Shown piece after piece: positions 34,264-46,673 of a stretch of 64,000 nucleotides of DNA. The position numbers and the translations under genes were made by a program. The DNA comes from Ascoidea asiatica JCM 7603 (Eukaryota; Fungi; Ascomycota), in contig BCKQ01000003.1 of NCBI GenBank assembly GCA_001600695.1, positions 1,432,526 through 1,496,525 of the forward strand, written 5' to 3'. The number at the start of each line of letters is the position of its first letter. The stretch's first letter is position 1. The notes beneath the pieces were generated by a model. It did no database searches. It had not been told where the DNA came from and worked only from the letters and a program-made list of their open reading frames with translations.

Positions 34264-37020
34264 ATGGCAAGACCTTCAATGCTTACTGTTCCTTTAAAGG
34301 AATCTGAACCTCTAGATTGGTCATCTCCTTTAAAAAAATACATTAAATCTGTTTATAGTTCATATAATGATTTTAGTGATCAATTACATTTAATAAATAG
34401 ATATAGAGTAGATGCAGTATGTTCAAATGAACCTAATGAAACTACTTTAAATTGTTATTTGAAATATTATACTCAATTAGAATTCATGGATTTAAGATTT
34501 CCTGTTTCTAGTTTTAATTTATCTTTAAATTGGCATGATTCTTTTGATAAATCAAAAAAAATCACTCAGCATTCAATGGCTTTTGAGAAAGCTTCAATTT
34601 TATTCAATATTGCTTCAATTTATTCTAATATTGCAAATAATTATTATTCTGATTATGCAAATGACAATAACAATGATAATAGTGATAGTGAAGATGAATA
34701 TTCTAGTAATCAATTGAATACTTCAAATTTAAAATCAGCTCTTGTTAATTTTCAAAATGCTGCAACTATTTTTCAGTTTATATCTAAAAATTTCCTTCAT
34801 GCTCCAAGTAATGATTTAAGTCAATCAACAGTTAAATTTTTAATGAAATTAATGTTATCTCAAGCTCAAGAAACTTTTTTAATTAATACTTTGAGTAATG
34901 AAAAAACAAACACAAAATTCTCATTATTAGCAAAATTAGCTTCTTCAACTTCAAATTTTTATAAAACTTCTTATGATCTTTTAATTTCATTATCAAATGA
35001 AAATACTTGGTATACTTCTTATAAAAATTGGGAATTTATATTGAATATGAAATTCAATTACTATAATTCCTTATCTAATTTTTATCAATCAAGTTTTTAT
35101 GAATCAAAAACTAAAATTGGACTTTCAATAGCTCATTTAAAATTATCAATTGAATTCCTAAATATTTCTTTAAAATCAGTTTTATGGCCTTCTTCAAATT
35201 CTATTAAATATAATGAAGAGTTTAAAGATTTTAAAGATATTTTCATTAAACCAAAAATTAAAATATATAATGAAAAATTATTAAATTTACAAAAAGATAA
35301 TGAGTTTGTTTATAATGATAGAATTCCTTCAAAAGAATCATTATCTGATATTAAACCAATGGATGCAATTTCTGTTGGTAAAGTTGAAACAATTATAAAT
35401 AATTTTTCAGAATCTTCTTCAAATTTTAATAATAATTCAATAGATTTATTTGAAAAAATAATTCCATTAAAAATTCATGAATTTAATAGTTTATATTCTG
35501 AGGAAAAAGCTAAAAAATTAAGATTAATTGATGAAGAAATTTCAATATCTACTGAAGAAGTTAACTCTTTATTAGAATATTTAAAATTACCAAAATCTTT
35601 AAGTGATTTAAAATCTTCAATAATCAAATCAAATAAAAAAAATTTTAACTTCAATTTTAATAATAATACTCATAATAAGACTCAAGATAATGATGAATTT
35701 TTTCAATCTAAAATTATTCCATTATCTATAGAAATTTCTACTAATTATCCTTTGAATCAAATATCTTTTGAAAACTTGAAAAAAAATCGTTCAAAAATTT
35801 TAAATTCTATTAAAAAGTGTGAATATTTGTTACAAAATGAAGAAAATGAATATAATTCAAATAGATTAAAGTTTAATGAATGGGAAAATTATCAACAAAG
35901 TTCTTCACTTATAAACTCTCAATTTAAAAATGAGCTTATTAAAATTAAAAAATCTTTACTAGATTCGAATCAATCAGATTCTGAATTATTTAAAATTTTT
36001 TATCAAATTGAGTCAACTTATAAAATTTTTGAAAAAGGTCCAATTAGAAATTCTGAACTTGAAAATTGGTATAGTTCTTTGAAAAATAATAATAATAATA
36101 ATGATTTAAATCTTATTGATCAAACTACATCTTCTATGTCTTTATTAGATATTGATGATTCTGGTAAAGAAAAATCATTTCAACTTATAAAGCTATTGGA
36201 AGATAATTTATTGCTTCTTAATAACTTAAAAAAAGAGAAAAATTCAATATATGAAGATTTAAGAAAGCATATTCATGAAGATGATATTTCTAATATATTA
36301 ATTTTGAATAAAAATCTCTCTGAAGATGTGCTAAAAAAAACTATATTTGTACAAGAATTAGAAAAATTTAATCTGTATGAAGTCAGAATTGCTAAAATTT
36401 TTCAAAAACAAAATGAAACTTTGCCTTTAATCAAAGAATATTGGAAACAACTAAATCAAAATCCTTATATAAAAGAAATTTTAGAAAAATCAATACTTTC
36501 TCAAACAAAAAACATTGAAGCAGAAAATTCTTTCAAAGATTTCGAAAGAAAATTTCAAACCTTTCAAAGTAATTTTAGAAAAGGTAATCAATTTTATATA
36601 GATTTGGGATCATTTCTGGAAACTTTAGAAAGAAATATAGAGACATTTATCAAATCTAGACATGAAGAAGGTGTACGATTGCTTTCTACATTAAGCAGTA
36701 AAAGACAACCAGATTATTTGACTCAAAAATTTCAAGGAATGAGCTTTGGAGGCCCCTCTCAACCAACAACTAATATCTCTCCAATGTTGCCAAATAAGCC
36801 TTCAAATATGACCACAAATTATTCTAACCCACCATCAATACCTCCAAAAAATAGATCAAGGCCTGGTTATTATATGCCTCCCGCTGGGTTTTCTTCTCTT
36901 CCAAATTCTGACGAAAGATCAAATTCTCCAAATGTTCAAACATCAAGTGTTGATGGTGTTGGAATATACAGTCAGCCTCCAAAGTATGATCCTTCGATGT
37001 ATGATCGGTTTGGCAGTTAG
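34264..37020 (+). CDS. BRO1: ESCRT-associated Bro1
   Basis: Bro1 domain (PLKESEPLDW, KYYTQLEFMDLRF, WHDSF, AFEKASILFN, KDNEFVY, YSEEKAK), V domain (EDDIS, ELEKF, FY) and Pro-rich tail ending YDPSMY. Confidence 0.93.
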   Translation: MARPSMLTVPLKESEPLDWSSPLKKYIKSVYSSYNDFSDQLHLINRYRVDAVCSNEPNETTLNCYLKYYTQLEFMDLRFPVSSFNLSLNWHDSFDKSKKITQHSMAFEKASILFNIASIYSNIANNYYSDYANDNNNDNSDSEDEYSSNQLNTSNLKSALVNFQNAATIFQFISKNFLHAPSNDLSQSTVKFLMKLMLSQAQETFLINTLSNEKTNTKFSLLAKLASSTSNFYKTSYDLLISLSNENTWYTSYKNWEFILNMKFNYYNSLSNFYQSSFYESKTKIGLSIAHLKLSIEFLNISLKSVLWPSSNSIKYNEEFKDFKDIFIKPKIKIYNEKLLNLQKDNEFVYNDRIPSKESLSDIKPMDAISVGKVETIINNFSESSSNFNNNSIDLFEKIIPLKIHEFNSLYSEEKAKKLRLIDEEISISTEEVNSLLEYLKLPKSLSDLKSSIIKSNKKNFNFNFNNNTHNKTQDNDEFFQSKIIPLSIEISTNYPLNQISFENLKKNRSKILNSIKKCEYLLQNEENEYNSNRLKFNEWENYQQSSSLINSQFKNELIKIKKSLLDSNQSDSELFKIFYQIESTYKIFEKGPIRNSELENWYSSLKNNNNNNDLNLIDQTTSSMSLLDIDDSGKEKSFQLIKLLEDNLLLLNNLKKEKNSIYEDLRKHIHEDDISNILILNKNLSEDVLKKTIFVQELEKFNLYEVRIAKIFQKQNETLPLIKEYWKQLNQNPYIKEILEKSILSQTKNIEAENSFKDFERKFQTFQSNFRKGNQFYIDLGSFLETLERNIETFIKSRHEEGVRLLSTLSSKRQPDYLTQKFQGMSFGGPSQPTTNISPMLPNKPSNMTTNYSNPPSIPPKNRSRPGYYMPPAGFSSLPNSDERSNSPNVQTSSVDGVGIYSQPPKYDPSMYDRFGS

Positions 37021-37615
37021 TTTTTGATTAAAACTTCGTTTAATCTGAAATGGAGAAAATTAATTTGCATTTAATAAATTGGGGATGTTTTATATTGCCA
37101 GTTAGTTATAGTTGTACTGAGCAAGCTTTTAACCATAAAAACTGCATGATATTTTATGATCTATGGAATTTTTTTTTTTTTTTATATATGTCAGAGAATG
37201 ATCTTGAATAAAAGTTTTTTTTTTCGGAAAACAAGATTTCAATAATGGTTTTCTTTAGAAAATGAAAAGCTTTACTTTTTTTGATCTATTGTAGTTTCGT
37301 TTCGTTTCTTCTTTTCTTCCAAATCCCCCAAAATTAATTCTCAAAAAACACCTTTTTTAGCTGAACTTGAAAAGAGACACGGATATTTCTTTTGACGGAC
37401 TGCTTTCCGTGCTTTGAATAAACCCTTCGATGGCGGTAAAAGCGCGGAGTTTTTGTCTGGAAGTGTTGTGGTAAAAGGCTAAACGCCATAAACAGAAATT
37501 TACTCACAAAAAAAAATTTAATTTCAATAATTTAATCTTGTATTAATATTTGATAGGATATAAAAAAAAGCCAACATATTTTCAATTCTACCCATTAGAG
37601 AAACAATCACTTTTT

Positions 37616-38176
37616 ATGTTCCCAATGAACAGGGCTGCCGTTTCTTTTTTTCCATGCAGATTTTTTTCATTGCTGAGTGTTGTTTTTCAAGAAACTTCAA
37701 AGGTTCCTTTTAACCAAATTGAAAAATGTCAAAGTTGGTTGGATTCCTTTGAGAAAACTCAATCAATACCAAAATCATCAGTGAAAGTAAAATTTGATAG
37801 ATCTTCAGGTGCGGGAGGTCAGAAAGTGAATAAAACAAGCTCAAAGGCTACATTGATGCTAATGAATCCAGGAAATTTTATTCCTAAACCAATTTTAGAA
37901 CAAATGAAAATTAAAGGATATAGATTTCTTAACACAGATAATAGTATGATTATAATTCAAAGTGACTTAACAAGATCACGAACAGATAATTTAGCAAATT
38001 GCTATGAGAAATTTATACAGGAGTTGAGGAAAATTATAGTTTTTGAAAAAGAATTATCTGAAGAAGAAAAATTGAAGTGGGAAAAAATTCATAAGAAATC
38101 AAATGAGTTTAGATTATTAGAAAAAAAAAAATTGAAATCTAAGAAGCAGTCAAGAAGGAAAGTTGATTTTGATTAG
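37616..38176 (+). CDS. PTH4: Mitochondrial peptidyl-tRNA hydrolase, ICT1/Pth4 family
   Basis: FDRSSGAGGQKVNKTSSKA GGQ motif, QSDLTRSR..N, basic tail. First ATG at 37616. Confidence 0.9.
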   Translation: MFPMNRAAVSFFPCRFFSLLSVVFQETSKVPFNQIEKCQSWLDSFEKTQSIPKSSVKVKFDRSSGAGGQKVNKTSSKATLMLMNPGNFIPKPILEQMKIKGYRFLNTDNSMIIIQSDLTRSRTDNLANCYEKFIQELRKIIVFEKELSEEEKLKWEKIHKKSNEFRLLEKKKLKSKKQSRRKVDFD

Positions 38177-41100
38177 ATTTACTAAAATTTATCTTATAGA
38201 TATATGGAATAATTTTTGACTTCTCTTGCTCTTCAAAAATTTTTCTATTTACTACTGGTTCAAAACTTATCTACTATCATCAGTCTTTTTATTTTAGAAG
38301 ATTAATTGATGGCTTAGAAAATTGTTTCCATAGGTTACATCATTTTAGTTCATTTTCTCAAATACTTTGAATATTGGGTTTTGATAGCTTTTCTTTCCCA
38401 AGATATATTCAAGAATTCCTATATATGTATATGTTATAAAATATTTCGTGGATAAGAGCAGCCTCAATTCGAACAAGGAGAACTTCAAATCTTAAAAAAT
38501 GATTAATATGACAGTCTATACTACTTTACAGACTCGGAATTTTTGAATAACAAATTTTTTTGTATTGAAGGATATATAAAAATATCTTATTTGGTTAGGT
38601 AAAATTTAACGATTAAACAGAAAATAAGTGGAAATATCATTCACCGATTAAAAGCCAAAGAATGAAACTGTTTCAAAGTTACTATTCTTAAATATTTAGA
38701 AATTTTTTGTAATAAAATCCAAAAGGTAAGTTAATTTTAGTATTCAAATCTTTATTCAGTGATTATATTCTGGAATTATTAATGACCTGGGTTGGCAAAT
38801 AAGAAAAACGCAAACTTTATAATTTTTTAGTTTTTAGTAATTGGCCTCAAAAAAACTTAAATGTTTAAGTATTCTAATTATGTTTTAGCTTTTCGGATCT
38901 TGGTTCAATTCTTTTTTAGTTTATGATATAATTACTGTGATCGTAAAGTATTTAAAAATATGAAAAAGCTAGAAAAGATTGAAATCTTGTAATGAATTTC
39001 CCCACTATTGAAATTAACGACCTCTTGAAAATTATAGTTAATCTTATATTTATAAGTAAATGCTGCATTTTTTTTTTGATTTAAAATTTATTTGAAATAT
39101 GGTGAATTCTACAGGTAATGGATTGGCTCACATTTTTTAATTAGAACTAAATTTTCATGCAAATTCCGAGTTAATCCACTATCTTGGAAAAATACCTGAT
39201 ATCACCTAGTGAGTCTATTACAATAAAGATGATTTACGACCTCATTGAATAAGGGATGTTTTTTTTTACCTGAAGTGTATATTCCAATCATATAAGATAC
39301 GATGAAATATTATTCATTTATTTTTCGAAATGCATGCGCTGTTAAAAGACCTTTTTGAAGTGATAAATAAATTTTCTTTCAAAATGATTATTTGAGATTC
39401 TTGATATTACTTTCTGTCTTTCAAAAATTGAAATTAAGTCTAGCAGTTACATAGTCTCATTCAATCTTAAAGGTTGGAAAAGGATGAGCATTTTCAATTA
39501 TTTTGTGAATGAAGATACTATATGGTCTACTGTATAGTATCATATTTTCATGTAAGAATTTTTGAATTTGGGAATTGACTTTTTTAATTAAAAGTGATGT
39601 CCAATAATATTTGACTTGGAAGATTGTGCACTTTGAACAAAAAGTTATCTGTCTAAATATATTTGAGGCATGAGAGTCTAAGACAAGAACTACATATTGT
39701 ATTAAAAATGCAAATTTTATTATTTAAATAAGAGGTAATTTTAAAAATGAATCAATAAATTAATGAATTTAAAGTGTATAAGTCCTTGAAATTGTTTTTA
39801 TTCAACTTAGTTAAAAATATTGAAAATATTTTATCTGGAGTCAAAGTGTAGTTTTATGGCTTTAATGAAAGCTAAAACAAAACTTATCATTTAAACCAAA
39901 GCATTATTAGCCGATTTATTTCAACATATTTCTATATTAATGCTGATTGTAATTATCAAATTGATATTACCTTTTTTTCAAATTATTTTTATTATGAAAG
40001 AGTCTCTTATAACTTTGTAATCTAATTACGAGTAAAAGGTAAAGGTATATAATAGAGTCATTTCAACTTTAAGATATCCCGTATTAAAAATGTGATTAAA
40101 TCAAATTTGCTAGAAAAAGAAACTTTTTTTTTTTGAGTTTCTGAGTTACTCAAAATAGGCTTTAAAGTGCCTCTTTGCGCCTGTGTACAATTTATGTTTG
40201 GAATTTGTAAATTGAAAAGAATTGCCAGAGTTAACCTTTAATGATACGTTTGGATTAAATACAAAGCTTTTGATGAAATTTAAAATAGTTTATGAACTTA
40301 ATATTGCACGTATTCAGCTATGAAGATAATTATTATATTATGGTTTTTAATACAAAAGTTTTCAACAAGCTTATACGGTGTGTAACCCTTTTGGCGATTT
40401 AGCGTATCACTGTGTTTTACAGTATTAATATTAACTATTGCAATTATCTTGGTTTAATCTTTGTTTTCTGAAATTAGCTGACAGACTGAGTCAAATTTTC
40501 CAAACTAAAGCGTAAAAAATTATGAAACTAGATTTAAGGCAGCTCAATCAAATTAAATATTATACCAATTAAATCAAAATTATTAAAAGAACAAGCATAA
40601 TTTGAAATATTTACCAATAGTAAGTGTTTTCCCTAAAAACCTTCAATATGTTCCGCTAATTTCGATTAAAAGCAAAATGGACTTATTTAAGTACTTATGC
40701 TTATAAATTCGAGTTTGATTTATTAATTATAGTTGAACTTGTTAAAGGAATATTACAAGTAAAAAACTAATTTTCAATTTTTAAAATTAGGTTAATTTGG
40801 TTGATAGTAGAAAAATTGGTTTATTCAGAATATCTTTGCTTTTTAAAACTTGAAGAAGTGACCTTTTTTTTTATATTATCATATGATATCAAATAATATT
40901 CCTATCAATTCCTATTAGCCAAATTTTCATTAAATTTTTGGTCGGTACGAAGAATTACTTAATTGTATTATATTAGAAAATTTATCAGGTATTTGGCAGA
41001 AACTCAGCAGTATTCATAAAAATACCAGGTTATTTGCCACAATGACTCTATATTAATAACATGGTGGAAATTATTTATATTCACTACAGTTGTCTTCCAA

Positions 41101-42783
41101 TTAATTTATTTGGAAATACTTATTGAAGGATAATCATGATTAACATATATCATATTTACAGTGAGAAAATATTAACCCAACATCTGGTCCTTTAAAATGA
41201 ATAATTTCACTCAATTCCTCAATAATAGCTTAATATTTTTTTGTAAGGGTAAAGAAAATATATATGAGCATATTTTAAATCTTGGAGCTAATAATAATTT
41301 TTTTGAGAATTGATAATTGTTAATAAATTCCATATATTTTTACTCTACAGTAGCAAGAAAAGTTAAAATCTTATTTTGAAGATAGTTAGCTACACTCATT
41401 TCTAAATTTAAATCCATTAACAGCAAACAATTTATTATTATCAAAGAGAAAGCTAAAGATTGAAAATTAAAACTTGAAATGAAATAACAAAATAATTTTA
41501 AGCAAGCCATATTGTCATCACAATGTGAGCTTAATCGGGAACTGCAAATTTTTTTTTTTCAAATATTGTTGGAATCTTATTTGGAGATTTCAAACATGCA
41601 TATTACTCAACTTAACACTTTTTCAATATTTACAATAATACAAAGTTAAATTCGTTCACCTTGGATATTGCTAGAAAATGGAACATTTTAACCCTCAATT
41701 TTTGTTAAAAGAGCAACCTTGATTAATGTTATAAAAAAGTAGTTTTTATGGCTTCGTTTTTCTTACATTTCAAACTCTAAGCTTTTGCTCATCGCCTTTC
41801 ATGAAAAACTAAAATTTTAATAAATGGGTTTTACAATTGTTTTCATTTTCGCTGGACACACAATGTGGATTCAGACTATCACTAAATAAATCTCATTCAA
41901 AAATTTATAAAAGTAATGTGAATTGAAAATACATTTTTTATTCAAAGTTTCTCTTTATTTGATGATTGATCAATTGATAAAGATATTTTGAAACAATTTT
42001 TCACTTATGTAATTCTGTAACTGCATTTTAGCAGAATGCCTAGGGGATTAATATGTATTAAGAATAGAAATATGTACACTGTTCAATAATGGTTGCTTAT
42101 TCATGTTGTTCTAAATAAAGGATATAATTGGATATTATTTTGTTTCACTATAAAAGTACTTACTATATTATTTTTTTTTATCTTTGGACATATCCACTTT
42201 CTTAACTGTTATTGGAGGATAAACTATTAAAAAAATGTCTATTCAAACTTTCTAGGTGGGCAAGTCAAATATGTTTTTCTTTTCAAAATTTTGCTTTCGA
42301 TAATGTGAATTCAGATTATATTCTTGTTTACCTCTTTTATTTTCCTTTAAAGTCCGAGAAAACTATAAAACCCATATGAACGTAAATGAAATACACATTT
42401 CTCTTTGCTTATCTGAAGGAGCGTGATTATGAAGTCTAATAATATTTTTAAACTTCATCTATGATTCTTCATGCTAAAATCGCAAATGGGAATATCAATG
42501 TAAATATATATTGTCATAATTATTGCATTAGTAAGTATATAATGATATGACTGAGATTGAAATTCAAGGTGTTTTTAGAGATTATATCTATTCACAGAAA
42601 TCAAATAATCCTGTCAACTTTTGATAACAGGAGATTTTAATTGAAATATCCTTAATAACTTTCAATAGTATTTACTTGAAATTTCAGTAATATCTTTTTT
42701 GTGAGAGCTTGGGAATGGACTTAATTCAAACCCCAAAGAACGCTTTCCGGCTAAAATACTGTACTTTCAAACTAACTTTTGTG

Positions 42784-42821
42784 ATAATAATAATAATAAC
42801 AATAATAATAATATTAGTAAT
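42784..42821 (+). repeat. (AAT)n microsatellite, imperfect
   Basis: ataataataataataacaataataataatattagtaat. Confidence 0.7.
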
Positions 42822-44205
42822 AAGGTGATCAAACCTAGCCAATACTAACATATTGGTCGTCATGGGTAAAAAATATTTTTTCATTAACTTCGTTTTTTAC
42901 TCGTTTTCCTTAATTTCTGATGTACTGAAATATATTATTAATTGCACATTTTAGAACTAAATAAATTTTATAGATTATCTTTATCACACTTTATATAACA
43001 TAGCAATCATTGACATTGGCCGGCGATAATTGAAAAAGACTTATAGTTAATTCTAGTGATTCTTGATTTCTGTCTGAGGTCTGATTGGTTTTCTGAAAAA
43101 TCACAGCTTGAGAAATAACTCATTGTATAAAATCTCTTTTCATCTTGAAGAAAATTTATAAGCTGTTTTTTTCTGAAAGTAGGATAATAATTTCTGCTAT
43201 TGAACAATTTATGGACTGAAGGTTATACCTAAAGCAAAACTTTCATGTCATTGGATAAAAAAGTTTCTTAGGTTATCTCTATTTAATTTTTATCTTAAGT
43301 AAAATTAAGTTGCAATGAGATATAATATATATTCTATATCAAAAAGTCTAAAGATAAATTCGACTCTTGAAAAAAAAAAACAAAGAAAATTTTAAAATGA
43401 AAGCTAAATTTAATTAAAAAAAATTTTCTTTTACTATCAAAGATATGATTCATATTTGTTTTTACCTAGATTTACTGTAATTAACCACATTATGTATTGG
43501 TTAACGTAAGTTTCCTTATTCATCTCCTTTTATGTTAATCTCAAAACTCAAGAAATTATTTTTAATATAAATTTTATGAAAACTTGATATTTATATTAAC
43601 AATAATTTTACTATACCGAAACCTAAGAAGTTACTATTTAATATATTTTTCAAAATAATAATTATTATTTATTACAGATATATTTGAATATAGGCTACTT
43701 CTTGTATACTAAATTTTATATTTTTATTTCTGTCTACATTTCAGACATCCAAGCATATTATAATATTTATTTGCTTGGCTATGCTTAAAATATGTTATAA
43801 AACAAGAAACTAAAGTTATAAGAAAAAACTATTTTGACTGTATCAAATTTGAAAATGATAGGCTCATATCCTCTCTTTTAGGTTTACCTTTATCAATTTT
43901 TAATGAGTTAACTCATTATTACAAAAAATAATATTATCTACCGATATAAGTAAATATATTTATGTTATATAAATCGCTCAAATTCTCTTCCAATTTTTGA
44001 TATTTTTTTGAACATTTTATTTTTTCTCTCTTTGTTTGATTGTTTACTATGCAAAAATTTTTAAATTTTTCTTTTAAACTAAAATAATAGAAATAAAGTA
44101 GTTTCATGTTAAGTTTTATATGTTTGGTTTTTTGAAATATATTATAAAATAATAAGTTATTATCATTAAAGGGAGATATAGTGTAAAAGACTATCAAATA
44201 TAACA

Positions 44206-44571
44206 ATGGGTAAAATGGCAACCACTCAAACAGCAATTATCAGAGTAATTGAGAATAATATTAGAGAAATGGAAAGAAATGCTGAAGAAATGATAGGAGT
44301 TTTAGATAATCTTAAAGGATGTATTGATGAAGACCCAGAAATGGCAGATTTAATAATTCTACAAATGCAAGAAAAGTTTTCTTATGCCACAGATATTTAC
44401 CAGCGATTTAATGGAGTAACAAGAACAATATTTCAAACCACACTTTCAATTGAAGTTAAACAACATGTTTGGGTTCTCAATAGTAGGGGAGAACAGATTC
44501 AGCAGAAGGTTGATGATATTTGGGATGAATTTGGATCCATAACAGGAATACCAGTAGGTGATAAAATGTGA
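44206..44571 (+). CDS. Hypothetical 121-aa helical protein (orphan)
   Basis: ATG in A-rich context (AACAATG, second AAAATGG), protein-like composition, GC clearly above the flanks, T-rich 3' region. No family recognised. Confidence 0.65.
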   Translation: MGKMATTQTAIIRVIENNIREMERNAEEMIGVLDNLKGCIDEDPEMADLIILQMQEKFSYATDIYQRFNGVTRTIFQTTLSIEVKQHVWVLNSRGEQIQQKVDDIWDEFGSITGIPVGDKM

Positions 44572-46209
44572 CATTCCTTAAATCTACTTGAATATTCATG
44601 GTTTTTTTTTTTTTAATTATTCTTCACATAACTCATTTGTTTAAGATCTGGTTTTGTTTTCGAATTTATATTACTTCTGAATATCCTTTCAATTGGGTAT
44701 TTATAATAATTGTTTTCATTAAATAACCATTTTCTTAACATTGCTGCTTTTATTCATTTATTATTCTTTCATTTATTAATTTTTTTTTAAAATAATATTG
44801 TTTTGGAATTGATTTTCTTTTTCTCATTATATAGTTAGGTTTTTTTTTTGGTTAAGTATGTAAATTACTTTTTAGATAGCATTTTATTTTATGATTTTAA
44901 TTTTTTTGGTTTTTATTACATTTTATACATTATTATTTCACATATAATTTCAATTATCATTCTATACAATATTTTATAATTGTTTTAATTTTTAAACAAC
45001 CATCCTTTGAAAATCTCAAAAAAGTACAATTTAGTAAAATGGCCTCTTATTATTTATAAATTTAAATTAAGTTGGGTTTAAGAAACTATTATTGACAAAT
45101 TTTGCAAAAGTGAAAAGCATTTGTTTCATTATAATTATTTTGAGGCTATCGAGAAATATCACCAAGATGAAATTTGATTCAAAATATTATTGGTGTAACT
45201 GGGAATTGTAATTACACTTATTAAAGCTGTTGCAGACAGTTTGAAAAGTATACCAGAAATTGTCTTTACCCTATAAATTATTCATCAAAAAAAGCACCGG
45301 CGTTATAGTTATTAATGTAACGCTAATTAAAGTCATATTCCATATCTAGGCTACTTAAAATTGCGGAATATTAATTGGCAAAGAATTACCAAAAACCAAC
45401 AAAATATCACAAAAACTAACAAAAAATCAGAGAAATTGGTTAGCTGCTTTTAGATTTGAGTAATCACTCAAATCTTAACTCCGGGTGGTCCTACCGATAC
45501 CCACAGTGAGCTACAGTAATCAGGTGATCTGGTTATAGTCTGGCCAAAAACAATGGAGCAGTCTTAGGCGAACAGTTGCGGTGTGATAGTATGCAGGATA
45601 AAATCTTAAGCATATTTATGCATTAAAATTATGTCTTACAATGTACATATACTATTAAAAAATTAGGTAAGAAAAACTTTTGTAAAAAGAGATGTGAGAA
45701 CAAGCAAAATATCTTCCTTGAAGCGTTTTAATATGTACTGGATTTGCAGAGATAGGCTCTTTAAAAGTTGGTTAATAATTTTTCTACAGAATGGAAGTGA
45801 GGTTATGTAGAAAAATATTGCTCACAAAGTTTGATCAACTACTTTGTACATCTTCGTGCTTGTTATTATGGCCACCCCATTTATGTTAAACAAAGTACTC
45901 CTTAAAACATTTTAGCCGCAAATTCCATGTTGCGGAGTTAATAAATCCGGTAAGGATAAGGTGTTTTAAAAAATAATTCTTTCCATGAACTGGAAAATTA
46001 CATGGATTTGAGTTCCGGTAAAATATATCTCGTGACTGGAGTTTTCACCGACTTTTAAATATTATTTTTTTAATAATGCAATTGTAGTTTGAATTGAATA
46101 AAATGAAATAAAAATAAATAGAGAATAAATTTAAGACTTTTGGTGCCTTCATTAATGATAATTAATACTTCTCAGTGCACTCATTTTATGTTTTGTTAAT
46201 ATTGCAAAC

Positions 46210-46566
46210 ATGTTCGCTTCTTTAATCCGAAACCGTCTTCCCCAAGTTTCAAGATCTTTTGGTGTTGGCTTAAGTAATAATCCATTAATCTCTTCTTCAT
46301 TCAAATCAAATAATTTCATTCAATCTGCTTTGATAAGGGGATTTAAAGTCAGAACATCTGTAAAAAAGTTTTGTAATGATTGCTATGTAAGTATTTTGGT
46401 GTTTTTTTTCTTGTTTGTTAAGGTGCAAACTTGGGTATTTTTATGAAGAGCAAATTGTCTTACTAACTTATATTTTTTTCTATATAATGATTAGATCGTG
46501 AGAAGAAAAGGAAGGGTATATATTTTTTGCAAATCAAATAAAAAACATAAACAAAGACAAGGCTAA
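46210..46566 (+). CDS. RTC6: Mitochondrial ribosomal protein bL36m, two exons (46210-46386, 46495-46566)
   Basis: Presequence then GFKVRTSVKKFCNDCY, a 108-nt intron GTAAGT...TACTAAC (46461-46467)...TAG, and exon 2 IVRRKGRVYIFCKSNKKHKQRQG*. Confidence 0.96.
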
Positions 46567-46673
46567 GAGTGCATTCAATTTTCTGAAATCAATCATCATG
46601 TAATTTTCCAATAATATCTATTTTCACTTGTATATAATGAAATACTGTTATTCTACTTTCAATTCATAAGTAT

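Noticed and set aside
43934-44236. 100-aa minus-strand ORF
   Set aside because: Non-ATG start, composition of random AT-rich DNA, and it overlaps the start of the better + strand ORF.
46387-46446. C-terminus VSILVFFFL... of ORF 46210..46446
   Set aside because: Read-through into the RTC6 intron.
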